From the IMG/VR virus record IMGVR_UViG_3300039355_000071: a stretch of DNA of 64,000 nt; one strand, written 5' to 3'. This stretch comes from a virus. Shown piece by piece: positions 1 to 8,623 of this stretch (the first letter of the stretch is position 1; the number at the start of each line of letters is the position of its first letter). Below the pieces are notes generated by a model that saw nothing but the letters and a program-made list of their open reading frames with translations, was not told the origin of the DNA and did no database searches. The position numbers and the translations under genes are program-made.

Positions 1-179
1 TATCCATAGAAATTTAAAACCTTTCTAAGCGTAATCCAACTATAATCCTCATATGACCTATATTTATCAATAAGGATGTATGTAATATAGAATTTTCGAC
101 TAACTCCATATTTTGTTTTGATGTTCCCTTGAATATAATCATTTGGGAAGCGAGTAAAGTATTCTGTTTTCTGTTGCAA
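1..179 (-). CDS. hypothetical protein, N-terminal part only (continues past window start)
   Basis: Minus-strand open frame from TTG (reverse complement of 177-179), preceded by AAGGAGG (reverse complement of 188-194). Translation begins MQQKTEYFTRFPNDYIQGNIKTKYGVSRKFYITYILIDKY and is open to position 1. Confidence 0.3.
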   Translation of the reverse strand, partial: MQQKTEYFTRFPNDYIQGNIKTKYGVSRKFYITYILIDKYRSYEDYSWITLRKVLNFYG

Positions 180-501
180 TAAAAAATTCCTCCTTGTATG
201 TGATATTTATTTATTCTCCATTTGAGATTAAGTGGACGATGAACTTACGAGCGTTCAGTAAAGTAGGTCTGAACCCCCACTTGTTTGTTTTATTTTTGAA
301 ATTGGTAGGGGTTGAAACCAACTTTGCCGAACTGAAAGAAGATATATAACATTATTAATAAGACAGACTATTCCGTTTGTATTTCGCTTACGCTACATAC
401 AAACTCCATAATTTTTTGGTTGATTGTTATTGGTTGGTTTAGATATATGGTGTTTTGAATTAATACTTTCATTTGGGTACATGTATGATGTACCTATAAT
501 T

Positions 502-918
502 TTATTCTCCATCTGAAGTATTATTCTGTTCCAAATCAACATACTTCTCTGTGAAGATATTATCTACAAAAAATACTGGTAGCTTATCATGATACATTTT
601 ATAAATTTCTTCACCTGATATACTTATCCAAAAATTACTACCTATTTGTCTTTGTTTCTGCAATGTTTCAATCTCTTTCCGATATTTACTATTTTTAATT
701 ATTCCTCCAATTTTTCCACAGATAGTACAGTAACTGCATAATGATGTATGAATACGTTCTTTTTCTTCTTGAGTAAATGCATTACTTTTAAAATTCCATT
801 TATATTGGATTAAACATTCTTCATAATGGTGTTTGTGCTTTGATTTTTTATTGGCTTTGGATATATTGCTTTCTCTCTGTTTAAGATATTTTGGTATCTC
901 TATTTCATATTTGTTCAT
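502..918 (-). CDS. hypothetical Cys-containing protein
   Basis: 138-aa ORF. It is the only sizeable minus-strand frame in the left arm. CSYCTICGK motif. No family recognised. Confidence 0.35.
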   Translation of the reverse strand: MNKYEIEIPKYLKQRESNISKANKKSKHKHHYEECLIQYKWNFKSNAFTQEEKERIHTSLCSYCTICGKIGGIIKNSKYRKEIETLQKQRQIGSNFWISISGEEIYKMYHDKLPVFFVDNIFTEKYVDLEQNNTSDGE

Positions 919-1240
919 TTTGTTTTTTTTATTCCTTTCTATGTTTGTGCTTATATATTCTCTGTTTGGAATTTTATTTTTGCGTATCCTTTTATTGGTA
1001 GTAATGGGATATGAGAGGGATTTATTATGTGGTTTTTACGTACCCCCTATGTATGGGGTTAAATTAAAGAAAATGAGTGTGATTTTCGATTTTAGATTGT
1101 TAGGTATGAATTTATCATTGAAGTGGTTTTGATTGAAATTTGAGTCGATTTCGTGCGATTTAGTCTAAAGATTGGGTATTGAAATTAGTTGGGTGAGTAC
1201 TTAGTTATGATGTAAGAAATTAAATATGAGAGTTTTTATT

Positions 1241-1270
1241 TTTTGAATTAAATTTTGAATTAAATTTGGT
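1241..1270. repeat. tandem direct repeat TGAATTAAATTT x2
   Basis: ttttgaattaaattttgaattaaatttgg read directly. Confidence 0.5.
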
Positions 1271-1363
1271 CTGAGAATTTATATCACGATTATTGGATAA
1301 TTTTTCATGAAAACTGGTTATCGGTGAAAATGCTTATATATAAGGAAGATTTTGAGATTGATG

Positions 1364-1465
1364 GTGTGATTTTAGTGTGATGGGATTTTGAAAATTAGGG
1401 GTTGAAGTGGATAAAAGGCTTGTAAAATAAGTGGATTGACGATATTGGGTACGATAAGTGGTTTG
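1364..1465. repeat. iteron-like direct repeats in a GT-skewed non-coding region
   Basis: GTGTGAT at 1364 and 1375. (A/T)AAGTGG(A/T)TT at 1404, 1428 and 1456, spaced about 26 bp. No ORF across this region. Confidence 0.4.
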
Positions 1466-1794
1466 AAGGATGAAATTTTGGATTTTGCTTGATTTTCTTG
1501 GGAATTTTGAGGTTGGAAATAAGGTTACATTTTTGAGTTAGTGTGTGGAATAACCAGCTATGCAGATGCTGCCAAAATGTGACTATCATTTTAGTTTTAA
1601 GTACCCCCATCATATAAAAACGATGGTTAATAGATATATATTGACCACTGTTTTTACTATTAAGTTGATGTAGTTTTTTAAACTATATGAGATAGTATTG
1701 ATATTATTATCTGACATAGTTTAAAGCTATGTTTTATCGTTTATCATAGTTTTAATCTATACTAATCAATTTATAATAAAATCATAAAAATGTG

Positions 1795-1823
1795 TTGACA
1801 ATCATACAAACATATGATAAAGT
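1795..1823 (+). promoter_or_regulatory. sigma-A-type promoter P1 with embedded palindromic operator
   Basis: TTGACA, 17-nt spacer, TG-n-TAAAGT. The spacer contains ATCATAcaaacaTATGAT. Confidence 0.55.
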
Positions 1824-1873
1824 GTAGACAGTTAAGAACGAACCACACGAACAACTGACTAGAAAAAAAGTTC

Positions 1874-1902
1874 TTGACAATCGCAAGTTCTTGTGATAAG
1901 AT
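1874..1902 (+). promoter_or_regulatory. promoter P2 with embedded near-palindromic operator
   Basis: TTGACA, 17 nt, TGaTAAGAT. The spacer contains ATCGCAAGttcTTGTGAT. Confidence 0.55.
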
Positions 1903-1978
1903 AATCTCAACAAAACAAAGAAAAGCAACAAAGTGCTAAGGCTCGGCAAACTCACATAGTTGCAATCAAAAGTTTTTG

Positions 1979-2007
1979 TTGACAATCACACAAACGTGTG
2001 ATACAAT
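1979..2007 (+). promoter_or_regulatory. promoter P3 with embedded perfect palindromic operator
   Basis: TTGACA, 17 nt, TGaTACAAT. The spacer contains ATCACACaaacGTGTGAT. Confidence 0.6.
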
Positions 2008-2061
2008 CTAAGCAACAAATAAACAAGCACCAAGCAAGAAAGAAGGTTGATTCACTGAAAG

Positions 2062-2178
2062 ATGTATAATCCAAAAGGGTACTATGTACCTAGTGGATAC
2101 ATGGGTTATGTATCAGAAGAAAAGAGTTATATACTCTTTTCAACTGAGCAAGATTATCTTGAATACATAACCGACTAA
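2062..2178 (+). CDS. small protein (38 aa), paralog of the 5532 gene
   Basis: MYNPKGYYVPSGYMGYVSEEKSYILFSTEQDYLEYITD. It shares the pattern GY..P.GY.G.V....Y.LF.SE..Y.EY with the 5532..5645 product. Confidence 0.4.
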   Translation: MYNPKGYYVPSGYMGYVSEEKSYILFSTEQDYLEYITD

Positions 2179-2193
2179 CTCACAAATGAATTG

Positions 2194-2775
2194 TATAGAT
2201 AGTCCCTCAACAAGTCTATTCTATCACAATTCGTGAGTTAATTCCACACCAAAAATATAAACAGTTCTATTCATGTATAGGTACTGCTTGCAATTCCTAG
2301 AGTTGTAAGCAAAAGACTAGAAGTGCGTAGGGTTGCTAGTGGTTTTAATATCCAACGTTTCCACTATACAAAGCAGTCCCAAAAGGATGAATATAAAATG
2401 GTTATATGGTTTTACCTAGAAAAAACCTAGTCTGTCAGCTTATTACTTTGCGGACGAACCTACAATATTTTTGTAGGAATAGGGTAGTTCCCTTTAGTGG
2501 TATAGGGTTCACGTTCTTAGATTATTTTCTAGGAGTGGTTAACGATAGAACAAGCAACCGACACATAGATAAATAACTTACGCTAACAAATAAAAGCGTA
2601 CTCTTACAAGGTTCAATTAAAAACTTACTTGTAAGAAGAAATACATAAGAGACAGATACAAGTACAAAGTGGCAGATACTAGGGTAACACCTAGCATTCT
2701 TGATGTTGGGTAACTCCAACTCACATGACCGTTGTACCTCTGTGTTCTGTATGTCAAAGTTATACATAGTTAGAG
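2194..2775 (+). ncRNA. ORF-free, hairpin-rich transcribed segment downstream of P1-P3 (candidate structured RNA or long 5' leader)
   Basis: No ORF of 60 aa or more on either strand looks real. Higher local GC. Several 5-8 bp hairpins (CCTACAAtatttTTGTAGG, CTTACAAG..CTTGTAAG, CTAGGgtaacaCCTAG). Bounded by the terminator at 2776. Confidence 0.25.
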
Positions 2776-2808
2776 GAGCAGATCAGCACTACCAGTCTGC
2801 TCTTTTAT
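2776..2808 (+). terminator. Rho-independent terminator
   Basis: GAGCAGA, 13-nt loop, TCTGCTC, then TTTTAT. Followed by the motif TAGTGTGCAT. Confidence 0.6.
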
Positions 2809-2889
2809 AGTGTGCATAACACTATTACAACAAATACAATAAATCATATTATAGCACCGATTGCATTAAGTCGGAGAAAGAGGTATTTT

Positions 2890-3705
2890 ATGAAAACATT
2901 ATCAATCAATTTTTATGCAAAAAACATCACAGAAGAGTCTAAGTCTGAACTTATGATAGCAGTACAGCACGAGTCTTGCAACATGAATATTCAGTTACTC
3001 GATGATACAATCGCTAAACTTGAGAAGAAGATTGCTAACGAGAACGGCAATTATTCAGCAGAAGAAGTACAAGCTTTCCAGGTACAATTAGATTCTGCAA
3101 ATGAATCACGGAGTAAGTTTGTGGAGACACAGACGGACACATTAGAAGTATACAATAAAGTTATTTCTACTATGTCACAAAAAAATGCTGACCACTTTGG
3201 CAACTCTGCTGATGTTGTAAGAACTGTACTTCGTGTACTTGGCTCATGGGATAACTCTAAACTTGTAAAATATGCAATTATTCCTGCTTTTGAATCACCT
3301 GAACTTTATGAAGCTTTACAGGCAATTCATATTAACTCCAAAGCGGGGGATGACGGAAATCTTGTAATAAGCAAAGAGGTAAAAGAAGCCTATAAAAAGG
3401 CAAGCGCAGAACTCGAAACAATCATCAAGAAAACTTTCTCTCTGCCTTTTGAAACTCCGTATACAGATAAGACAAGAGTGAAACTGACCGCAGAGGATAA
3501 GAAACTTTTAAACGATTGCTACATTAAGGGATTTTCTAACAAATTTGACGTAGACGATGAAAAGGGAACTGTATCATTTAAAAAGCGTCAGATTAACACG
3601 CTTGTAAAGGCAAAAAAGAACCGCAAAACAGGTGAAATTACTTATGATTATAGCGGACTTGCAAGCACTATCAGCAATATTATAATCAAGCATTACTTCG
3701 CATAA
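2890..3705 (+). CDS. hypothetical protein (271 aa)
   Basis: Long ORF. Internal ATG 2890 has the RBS GAGAAAGAGG; the upstream ATG 2812 has none. Confidence 0.55.
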   Translation: MKTLSINFYAKNITEESKSELMIAVQHESCNMNIQLLDDTIAKLEKKIANENGNYSAEEVQAFQVQLDSANESRSKFVETQTDTLEVYNKVISTMSQKNADHFGNSADVVRTVLRVLGSWDNSKLVKYAIIPAFESPELYEALQAIHINSKAGDDGNLVISKEVKEAYKKASAELETIIKKTFSLPFETPYTDKTRVKLTAEDKKLLNDCYIKGFSNKFDVDDEKGTVSFKKRQINTLVKAKKNRKTGEITYDYSGLASTISNIIIKHYFA

Positions 3706-3732
3706 AAGCAACGTAAAATGTATAGTACGAAA

Positions 3733-3760
3733 GGCAGAATTTCGGTTCTGCCTTTTAATA
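3733..3760 (+). terminator. Rho-independent terminator
   Basis: GGCAGAAtttcggTTCTGCC then TTTT. Followed by AATAGTGTGCAT, the same motif as after the 2776 terminator. Confidence 0.65.
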
Positions 3761-3794
3761 GTGTGCATTTTATGTAAAGGAGAGTGAACGCAAA

Positions 3795-4190
3795 ATGAAA
3801 GTGCGAATCAGACGAACACTTGGAAATGAACTTTACCACGGAAAGCAATTTCCGATCAATACAATTGTCTTGCGTAGTGAAAACGGAGTAGAGATTTTCT
3901 GCTCTGATTTTAGAATGAGAAAAGGCAAAATTACTGTGCTTATTCATATTCCAGGTAGAAAGAAATTTCTCAAAACTGAAATGCGTAATGAATATACAAA
4001 GGTAATGTATGACTATACGCAGCAATTCAAAGACGATTCAAAGCGTTTGAATTATAAGCAAATGATGGCACACGATCGAAAACGGAAATGCGGATCTAGT
4101 GGCGTGCGTTTAGGGAAATTCTGTGGTCAAGTAACTGACTATGAATGCACGAAAAATCCATTACATGATTTTAGAAGAGTGTATTGCTAA
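3795..4190 (+). CDS. hypothetical basic protein (131 aa)
   Basis: RBS AAAGGAGAG, ATG start. Confidence 0.5.
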   Translation: MKVRIRRTLGNELYHGKQFPINTIVLRSENGVEIFCSDFRMRKGKITVLIHIPGRKKFLKTEMRNEYTKVMYDYTQQFKDDSKRLNYKQMMAHDRKRKCGSSGVRLGKFCGQVTDYECTKNPLHDFRRVYC

Positions 4191-4212
4191 TCACAAGATT
4201 TTGTGATAGAAT
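4184..4212 (+). promoter_or_regulatory. promoter P4 with perfect palindromic operator, directly upstream of the XRE regulator gene
   Basis: TTGCTA, 17 nt, TGaTAGAAT. The spacer contains ATCACAAgattTTGTGAT. Confidence 0.55.
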
Positions 4213-4241
4213 GGAGGCGTATAAAATGGAGGTGAAGTAAA

Positions 4242-4523
4242 TTGATAGTTTATTATAAATTGTCGAATATTTTAAAAGAACGTAATATGCAATGGAAAGA
4301 CTTATGCGAAGCAGGCATTTCTGTAAACACACCAACAAAATTTTCGCAAAATAAAACTATGAATACGGAAATGATAGATAAAGTTTGTGCATTTCTAAAG
4401 GTTCAACCAGGGGATATAATGGAATGGGTAAATGAATCAGACCAAAAGGAAAGAGAAATCCAAGCGAAAATTGATGCTTTACAAAAGCAACTCGCAGATG
4501 TAAGAGCAAGTAAATCAAATTAA
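4242..4523 (+). CDS. XRE-family helix-turn-helix transcriptional regulator
   Basis: LSNILKERNMQWKDLCEAGISVNTPTKF..ICAFLKVQPGDIMEW matches the Cro/cI-type HTH pattern. TTG start after GGAGGTGA. Confidence 0.6.
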   Translation: MIVYYKLSNILKERNMQWKDLCEAGISVNTPTKFSQNKTMNTEMIDKVCAFLKVQPGDIMEWVNESDQKEREIQAKIDALQKQLADVRASKSN

Positions 4524-4600
4524 ACAATCATAACCCAAAGCACCCACGTAGGCAAAACTACTAGGTGCTATTTTTATACCCAAAATTAAGGAGGCAAACT

Positions 4601-4774
4601 ATGTCAGAAAAAGCAAAAGCAATCCACAATGCCTATTGTGATTATGAAGTTGCAAAGGCAAAACAACCATCACGGATCTATTCAGTCCGGGTAGAAATTA
4701 AAACTAAAAGCGGTGTCAAAACACACAACATGAGCAAGGCAATGTTAGCAAGACAGTTGGCTTTGCTTTATTAA
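4601..4774 (+). CDS. small hypothetical protein (57 aa)
   Basis: RBS AAGGAGG, ATG. Confidence 0.45.
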   Translation: MSEKAKAIHNAYCDYEVAKAKQPSRIYSVRVEIKTKSGVKTHNMSKAMLARQLALLY

Positions 4775-4808
4775 TGTGGTGGAATAAAAAGAAAAAGGAG
4801 GAATTAGC

Positions 4809-5120
4809 ATGAAAACAATGGTCTTATTGGAAACAGAAAACGGTGCAAGATACACACATTTATTGGACGATGTACCAACAAGAGAAATTGAAACGAATGT
4901 GTTATCCGAACTTTCACGGAAAGAGTTTGAAGAGAAATTCCCGGATAAAAACACATGCAATTTATCACAATTCCAACCTGTTTCCCTCGAAAATGGAGAA
5001 GTTCTCATTCAGAAAGAATGGAACGGAGAATGTTACAACACAGGAAGCAAAAACTATTATCCTGTGTATAATCAGTGTGATGAAGATGATTTTGAAATCA
5101 TTGGATATTATCAGAACTAA
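4809..5120 (+). CDS. hypothetical protein (103 aa)
   Basis: RBS AAAGGAGGAA, ATG. Confidence 0.5.
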   Translation: MKTMVLLETENGARYTHLLDDVPTREIETNVLSELSRKEFEEKFPDKNTCNLSQFQPVSLENGEVLIQKEWNGECYNTGSKNYYPVYNQCDEDDFEIIGYYQN

Positions 5121-5199
5121 AACAACATATTAAATCATTAAAGGCAACTTACAATTTGTAGGTTGTCTTTTTTGTGTACAAAAAAAGGAGAATAAGTAA

Positions 5200-5340
5200 A
5201 TGAAAAAAGCAAGATATGATGCAATTCGTATTGCGAAAGAATTACGTTACAACGAAAACACAATCAGCAAAATCAAAGTAGCAACATCAGAAAGTGAAAT
5301 TACACGGATTTTGCATGATGCAAGGGAGGCGATGGAATGA
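5200..5340 (+). CDS. small hypothetical protein (46 aa)
   Basis: RBS AAAAGGAGAATAAG. Stop overlaps the next start (ATGATG). Confidence 0.4.
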   Translation: MKKARYDAIRIAKELRYNENTISKIKVATSESEITRILHDAREAME

Positions 5341-5510
5341 TGCAGAAAGCAATAATATTCCGTGCTTACAACGGAGTTGAAATCATAGACACTCGCCCAG
5401 AAGCAGAAATAGCGTATGAAAATATGCGCTATACAGAGGAACGGGCAAAGAGAAACAAGAAAAGTAAAGAACATAAAAGTTTTGCAGAAATATTATCTGC
5501 ATTGCTTTAG
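5337..5510 (+). CDS. small hypothetical protein (57 aa)
   Basis: Overlapping start, coupled to the previous gene. Confidence 0.4.
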   Translation: MMQKAIIFRAYNGVEIIDTRPEAEIAYENMRYTEERAKRNKKSKEHKSFAEILSALL

Positions 5511-5531
5511 ATAAAATCAAGGAGGTAAAAC

Positions 5532-5645
5532 ATGAAAGGCTATAACACGCCAGAAGGTTATAGAGGGCTTGTAAAAGGTAAATATATGCTTTTCGCAAGC
5601 GAAACTGAATATTATGAATATATGTTAGAGAAGGAGGAAGTATGA
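5532..5645 (+). CDS. small protein (37 aa), paralog of the 2062 gene
   Basis: RBS AAGGAGGTAAAAC. MKGYNTPEGYRGLVKGKYMLFASETEYYEYMLEKEEV. Confidence 0.45.
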   Translation: MKGYNTPEGYRGLVKGKYMLFASETEYYEYMLEKEEV

Positions 5646-5764
5646 CTGAAAAACAGGTAAGGGAAATAAAATGCAACATTTGTGTGAATTGCGGTGACAG
5701 GATTTGTTGCCACGGAATGCAGAGTTGTAAAGATGCAAATGAATATATTCAGAAAGGGAAGTGA
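5642..5764 (+). CDS. small Cys-rich protein (40 aa)
   Basis: ATGA overlap with the previous gene. CNICVNCGDRICCHGMQSC. Confidence 0.4.
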   Translation: MTEKQVREIKCNICVNCGDRICCHGMQSCKDANEYIQKGK

Positions 5765-5770
5765 AACAAA

Positions 5771-5929
5771 ATGAAATATATCACTTATGAAGAACCACTA
5801 AAAGGCAAAACATTCACAGAAAATCAGATGCATGAAGTTTATAGAGACTTAGCAGACAAAACAGAATATCCCGATTTTGAATGTTGGAAAACAGATATGG
5901 TTAAATCTGGTGTATTTGAAGAAGTTTAG
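5771..5929 (+). CDS. small hypothetical protein (52 aa)
   Basis: RBS GGGAAGTGAAAC, ATG. Confidence 0.4.
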   Translation: MKYITYEEPLKGKTFTENQMHEVYRDLADKTEYPDFECWKTDMVKSGVFEEV

Positions 5930-5935
5930 TAACTA

Positions 5936-5966
5936 AACGGCAAGCGAAAGCAAGCCGTTATTTTTA
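5936..5966 (+). terminator. Rho-independent terminator
   Basis: AACGGCaagcgaaagcaaGCCGTT then ATTTTT. Confidence 0.55.
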
Positions 5967-6007
5967 TGTAAAAAATTAAAACAAGAAAGGTTAAAAAGGT
6001 AAAAGTT

Positions 6008-6940
6008 ATGTGTTATTCAAGAAAAGTAGAACCATCAGTAATTGAAAGAGAAATGCAGGAAGCACGGAATAAGGAAGAATTTACAGATAAGGTTGAAACA
6101 ATCACAATTAAGCAGATTGTTGAAAATGCAAAAGTAAATTCACGGTTTGGCGACAAGATACTTGTCAATATCAATCCTTTACATATACATATTCCATCAT
6201 GGCAAAGAATGTGTGATGTAGTTGCAGCAACGGAAATCGGAACAAAGTACAACAAATATAAATGGGAAGTACCGAAGCTGTTATATCTTAATGGAAAACT
6301 TTGGTGTGTAGATGGTATGCATCGAATTTATGGGGCTTTTAAAGGGAAAATCGAATCCGTTATTTGTGAGATTATTGAATGTTCAGAAAAGGAAGCAATT
6401 AAATTATTTCTTGGTCAAGGTATTGATAGACGTAAGATGTCTCAGGTTGACTATTACAGAGCTGCAATCGAGTATGGAGACGAAAATTATATTCAGTTAA
6501 AAGAAGTTTGTAATAATCATAATGTAGCTGTAAAGGGAGATCCAATTGAAAACCAGGTAGGCATCTTTACACCAATTAAAGACGGAATCAAGTCAATTCG
6601 TAAGAATGGAACGGAATTGCTTGATAAAATCATTACTCTAATTACTGATTTACAGTGGAACGGATATGCAGATACATATAATGGGAAAGCATATACTGCA
6701 AAGTATATCAGAGTGATGCATTCACTATATGCGTATTATGAAGGCAGAACAGAGCAAATGGAGAATATCTTAAAAGAGAAATGCATTGGTACAGAGTTTT
6801 TTGTTGAAAATATTATGAACTTGGAACAGTGTGCAGTATTTGATTATCTGTCTGAAATTATTAGATATGAAATGGAAAGTCCATTCACAGAGAAGAAACG
6901 CAAAACTGCAAAGAAAACATTAAAGTCAAAAGCAATGTAA
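6008..6940 (+). CDS. ParB/Srx-like nuclease-domain protein
   Basis: LWCVDGMHRIYGA resembles the ParB N-terminal DGxHR motif. 310 aa. Confidence 0.45.
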   Translation: MCYSRKVEPSVIEREMQEARNKEEFTDKVETITIKQIVENAKVNSRFGDKILVNINPLHIHIPSWQRMCDVVAATEIGTKYNKYKWEVPKLLYLNGKLWCVDGMHRIYGAFKGKIESVICEIIECSEKEAIKLFLGQGIDRRKMSQVDYYRAAIEYGDENYIQLKEVCNNHNVAVKGDPIENQVGIFTPIKDGIKSIRKNGTELLDKIITLITDLQWNGYADTYNGKAYTAKYIRVMHSLYAYYEGRTEQMENILKEKCIGTEFFVENIMNLEQCAVFDYLSEIIRYEMESPFTEKKRKTAKKTLKSKAM

Positions 6941-7091
6941 CAGAGAATAAACAATTAGAAAGCGAGTGATGAAAAATGAAACATCGGTAACAGAAAATAT
7001 CAAAAAAGCAAACCAATATATACAACATATAAATACGAAGCTGTGATAACGGCTACACGGTCACATTATAATAAGGAAAGGATTGGTGTTA

Positions 7092-7286
7092 ATGACATAT
7101 AGAAGAACAAAACAGTTAAGAGAATTTGAACCAATTTTATATAGAAATGGTTATAGATTCGCACGGTGCAAAGGAAGTCATTTCATTTATATTAACAGGA
7201 CTTCTCATAAAATAATCACAGTCAACAAGGACTTAAATAGAATGGTAAGAGAAAGACTTATTAAGGAAATGGAGTTTGGAAAATAA
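7092..7286 (+). CDS. hicA: HicA-like mRNA interferase (type II toxin family)
   Basis: RCKGSHFIYINRTSHKIITVNKDLNRMVRERLIKE fits the HicA/YcfA pattern (KGSH, then a basic tail). The start could be GTG 7086 or ATG 7092. Confidence 0.5.
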   Translation: MTYRRTKQLREFEPILYRNGYRFARCKGSHFIYINRTSHKIITVNKDLNRMVRERLIKEMEFGK

Positions 7287-7287
7287 T

Positions 7288-7518
7288 ATGACAATTGAAG
7301 AATATGAGAACACAAAAAACGAATTAATAAATAATCTGGAATCAGAGCTTGAAAGATTAGCAGACGCTGCAAATGTTTCCTATGATAGTGAGGATGACAT
7401 TGAAAACATCATTGATAAGGCAGAATGTGATTTAGAATTGATTAACTCACAGATATATGATGTTAAAAATGCTTTATCTGAATTACGCAAAATGAGAAAT
7501 ACGAGAATAGAAGAGTAG
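7288..7518 (+). CDS. small acidic coiled-coil protein (possible cognate partner of the HicA-like gene)
   Basis: Immediately downstream and overlapping. It has no HicB-like RNase-H fold signature. Confidence 0.35.
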   Translation: MTIEEYENTKNELINNLESELERLADAANVSYDSEDDIENIIDKAECDLELINSQIYDVKNALSELRKMRNTRIEE

Positions 7519-7531
7519 GGAGGTGTAAAAG

Positions 7532-7915
7532 ATGAAATGGATAGAGTTATTACGGAAAGATAATTATGCATTATTACAAAGCGAAAGTGATACACAATAT
7601 GCGGTTGTAAGTGGTTACGATCCTGCACAGCCAGAGAATCAGCAGTGGTCACACGGAACATATTTTACTTATTGGAATAATGCAAAGAGAAAGGCAGATT
7701 GCTTGCAAAATGCTTTAGATTGTTTCAGAAGTAGAACAGAAGAGAATTATGTAACCAAAGGTCAGAAATACCTTGAAATCTACAGATATGACTATATGGA
7801 AGGCACGTTTAGGGAAATCTTACAGTCATTAGATTTAGATGATGACTTGGTTGGTGATTCGCTTGGATGCTACTGCATTGTGGATGAAAATAGTTTGAAA
7901 AGTAAGGAGAAATAA
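7532..7915 (+). CDS. hypothetical protein (127 aa)
   Basis: RBS GGGAGGTG. Confidence 0.5.
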   Translation: MKWIELLRKDNYALLQSESDTQYAVVSGYDPAQPENQQWSHGTYFTYWNNAKRKADCLQNALDCFRSRTEENYVTKGQKYLEIYRYDYMEGTFREILQSLDLDDDLVGDSLGCYCIVDENSLKSKEK

Positions 7916-7917
7916 TT

Positions 7918-8172
7918 ATGTCACGGAAAGCAGAAGAATATGTAGTGGGGATTTTATTTCCTTATGAAAATAGAACAGAAATCAAATATGTAACAAGCAT
8001 ATCAAGTAAATCAAAGGTTGCAAAGTGGGAGGATGGACAAAATGCAATGACTTTTTCAAAAGCATATGCAAAGGATCTTGCATGGGGATTAACATTAAAC
8101 GGAAACCCTGCAATTGCAATGTTGAAAGAATCGTATTTGCATTTGGAAAATCCTAAAATAGAAAGTGAGTGA
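7918..8172 (+). CDS. hypothetical protein (84 aa)
   Basis: Coupled to the previous gene. Confidence 0.45.
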   Translation: MSRKAEEYVVGILFPYENRTEIKYVTSISSKSKVAKWEDGQNAMTFSKAYAKDLAWGLTLNGNPAIAMLKESYLHLENPKIESE

Positions 8173-8177
8173 TTAAT

Positions 8178-8396
8178 ATGACAGTTGGAAAATTAAAAGC
8201 GATGTTGGAAGAATATAACGAAGATATGGAAATTATATTTCAGCCATCAGGGAATGCATATGGAGAGCGTATTGGACATGTTATTAAGGAAGGCAAGGGA
8301 ATAGCTCCGTTTAGAGGTAAAGACTACAAGGCGTTAATTCTTACTTCTGATGGACAATGTGGTGAAGTTTGTAACGAGGATGATTTAGATTTATAA
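8178..8396 (+). CDS. hypothetical protein
   Basis: ATG at 8178. Confidence 0.4.
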   Translation: MTVGKLKAMLEEYNEDMEIIFQPSGNAYGERIGHVIKEGKGIAPFRGKDYKALILTSDGQCGEVCNEDDLDL

Positions 8397-8409
8397 AAGG
8401 AGTGATAGT

Positions 8410-8589
8410 ATGTTAGATAAACTAACAGATGAACAGAAAGAGAAGATCGCTATTTTGTGCGAACAAATTAATTACATTTTCACAGAAGAAGACAATGGAT
8501 ACACAGAAGATAATATTGATGAATATTATAGAAGTTCTCTTTATAAGGGAGTTTCGGGTGTTATGTATGAACTTGGGAAATGGTGCTAG
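8410..8589 (+). CDS. small hypothetical protein (59 aa)
   Basis: RBS AAAGGAGTGA, ATG. Better supported than the overlapping track ORFs 8422..8604(-) and 8429..8620(+). Confidence 0.45.
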   Translation: MLDKLTDEQKEKIAILCEQINYIFTEEDNGYTEDNIDEYYRSSLYKGVSGVMYELGKWC

Positions 8590-8623
8590 AAACAGATATT
8601 TCAAGGTAAAAGGAGAATGAACA

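Noticed and set aside
833-1985. Track ORFs 833..1132(+), 1395..1613(-), 1782..1985(-)
   Set aside because: Leu/Phe/Ile-rich low-complexity translations of a GT-skewed repeat region with no RBS. This region is better explained as regulatory DNA.
8422-8620. Track ORFs 8422..8604(-) and 8429..8620(+)
   Set aside because: Neither has an RBS. The alternative frame 8410..8589 has AAAGGAGTGA at ideal spacing and a cleaner protein.
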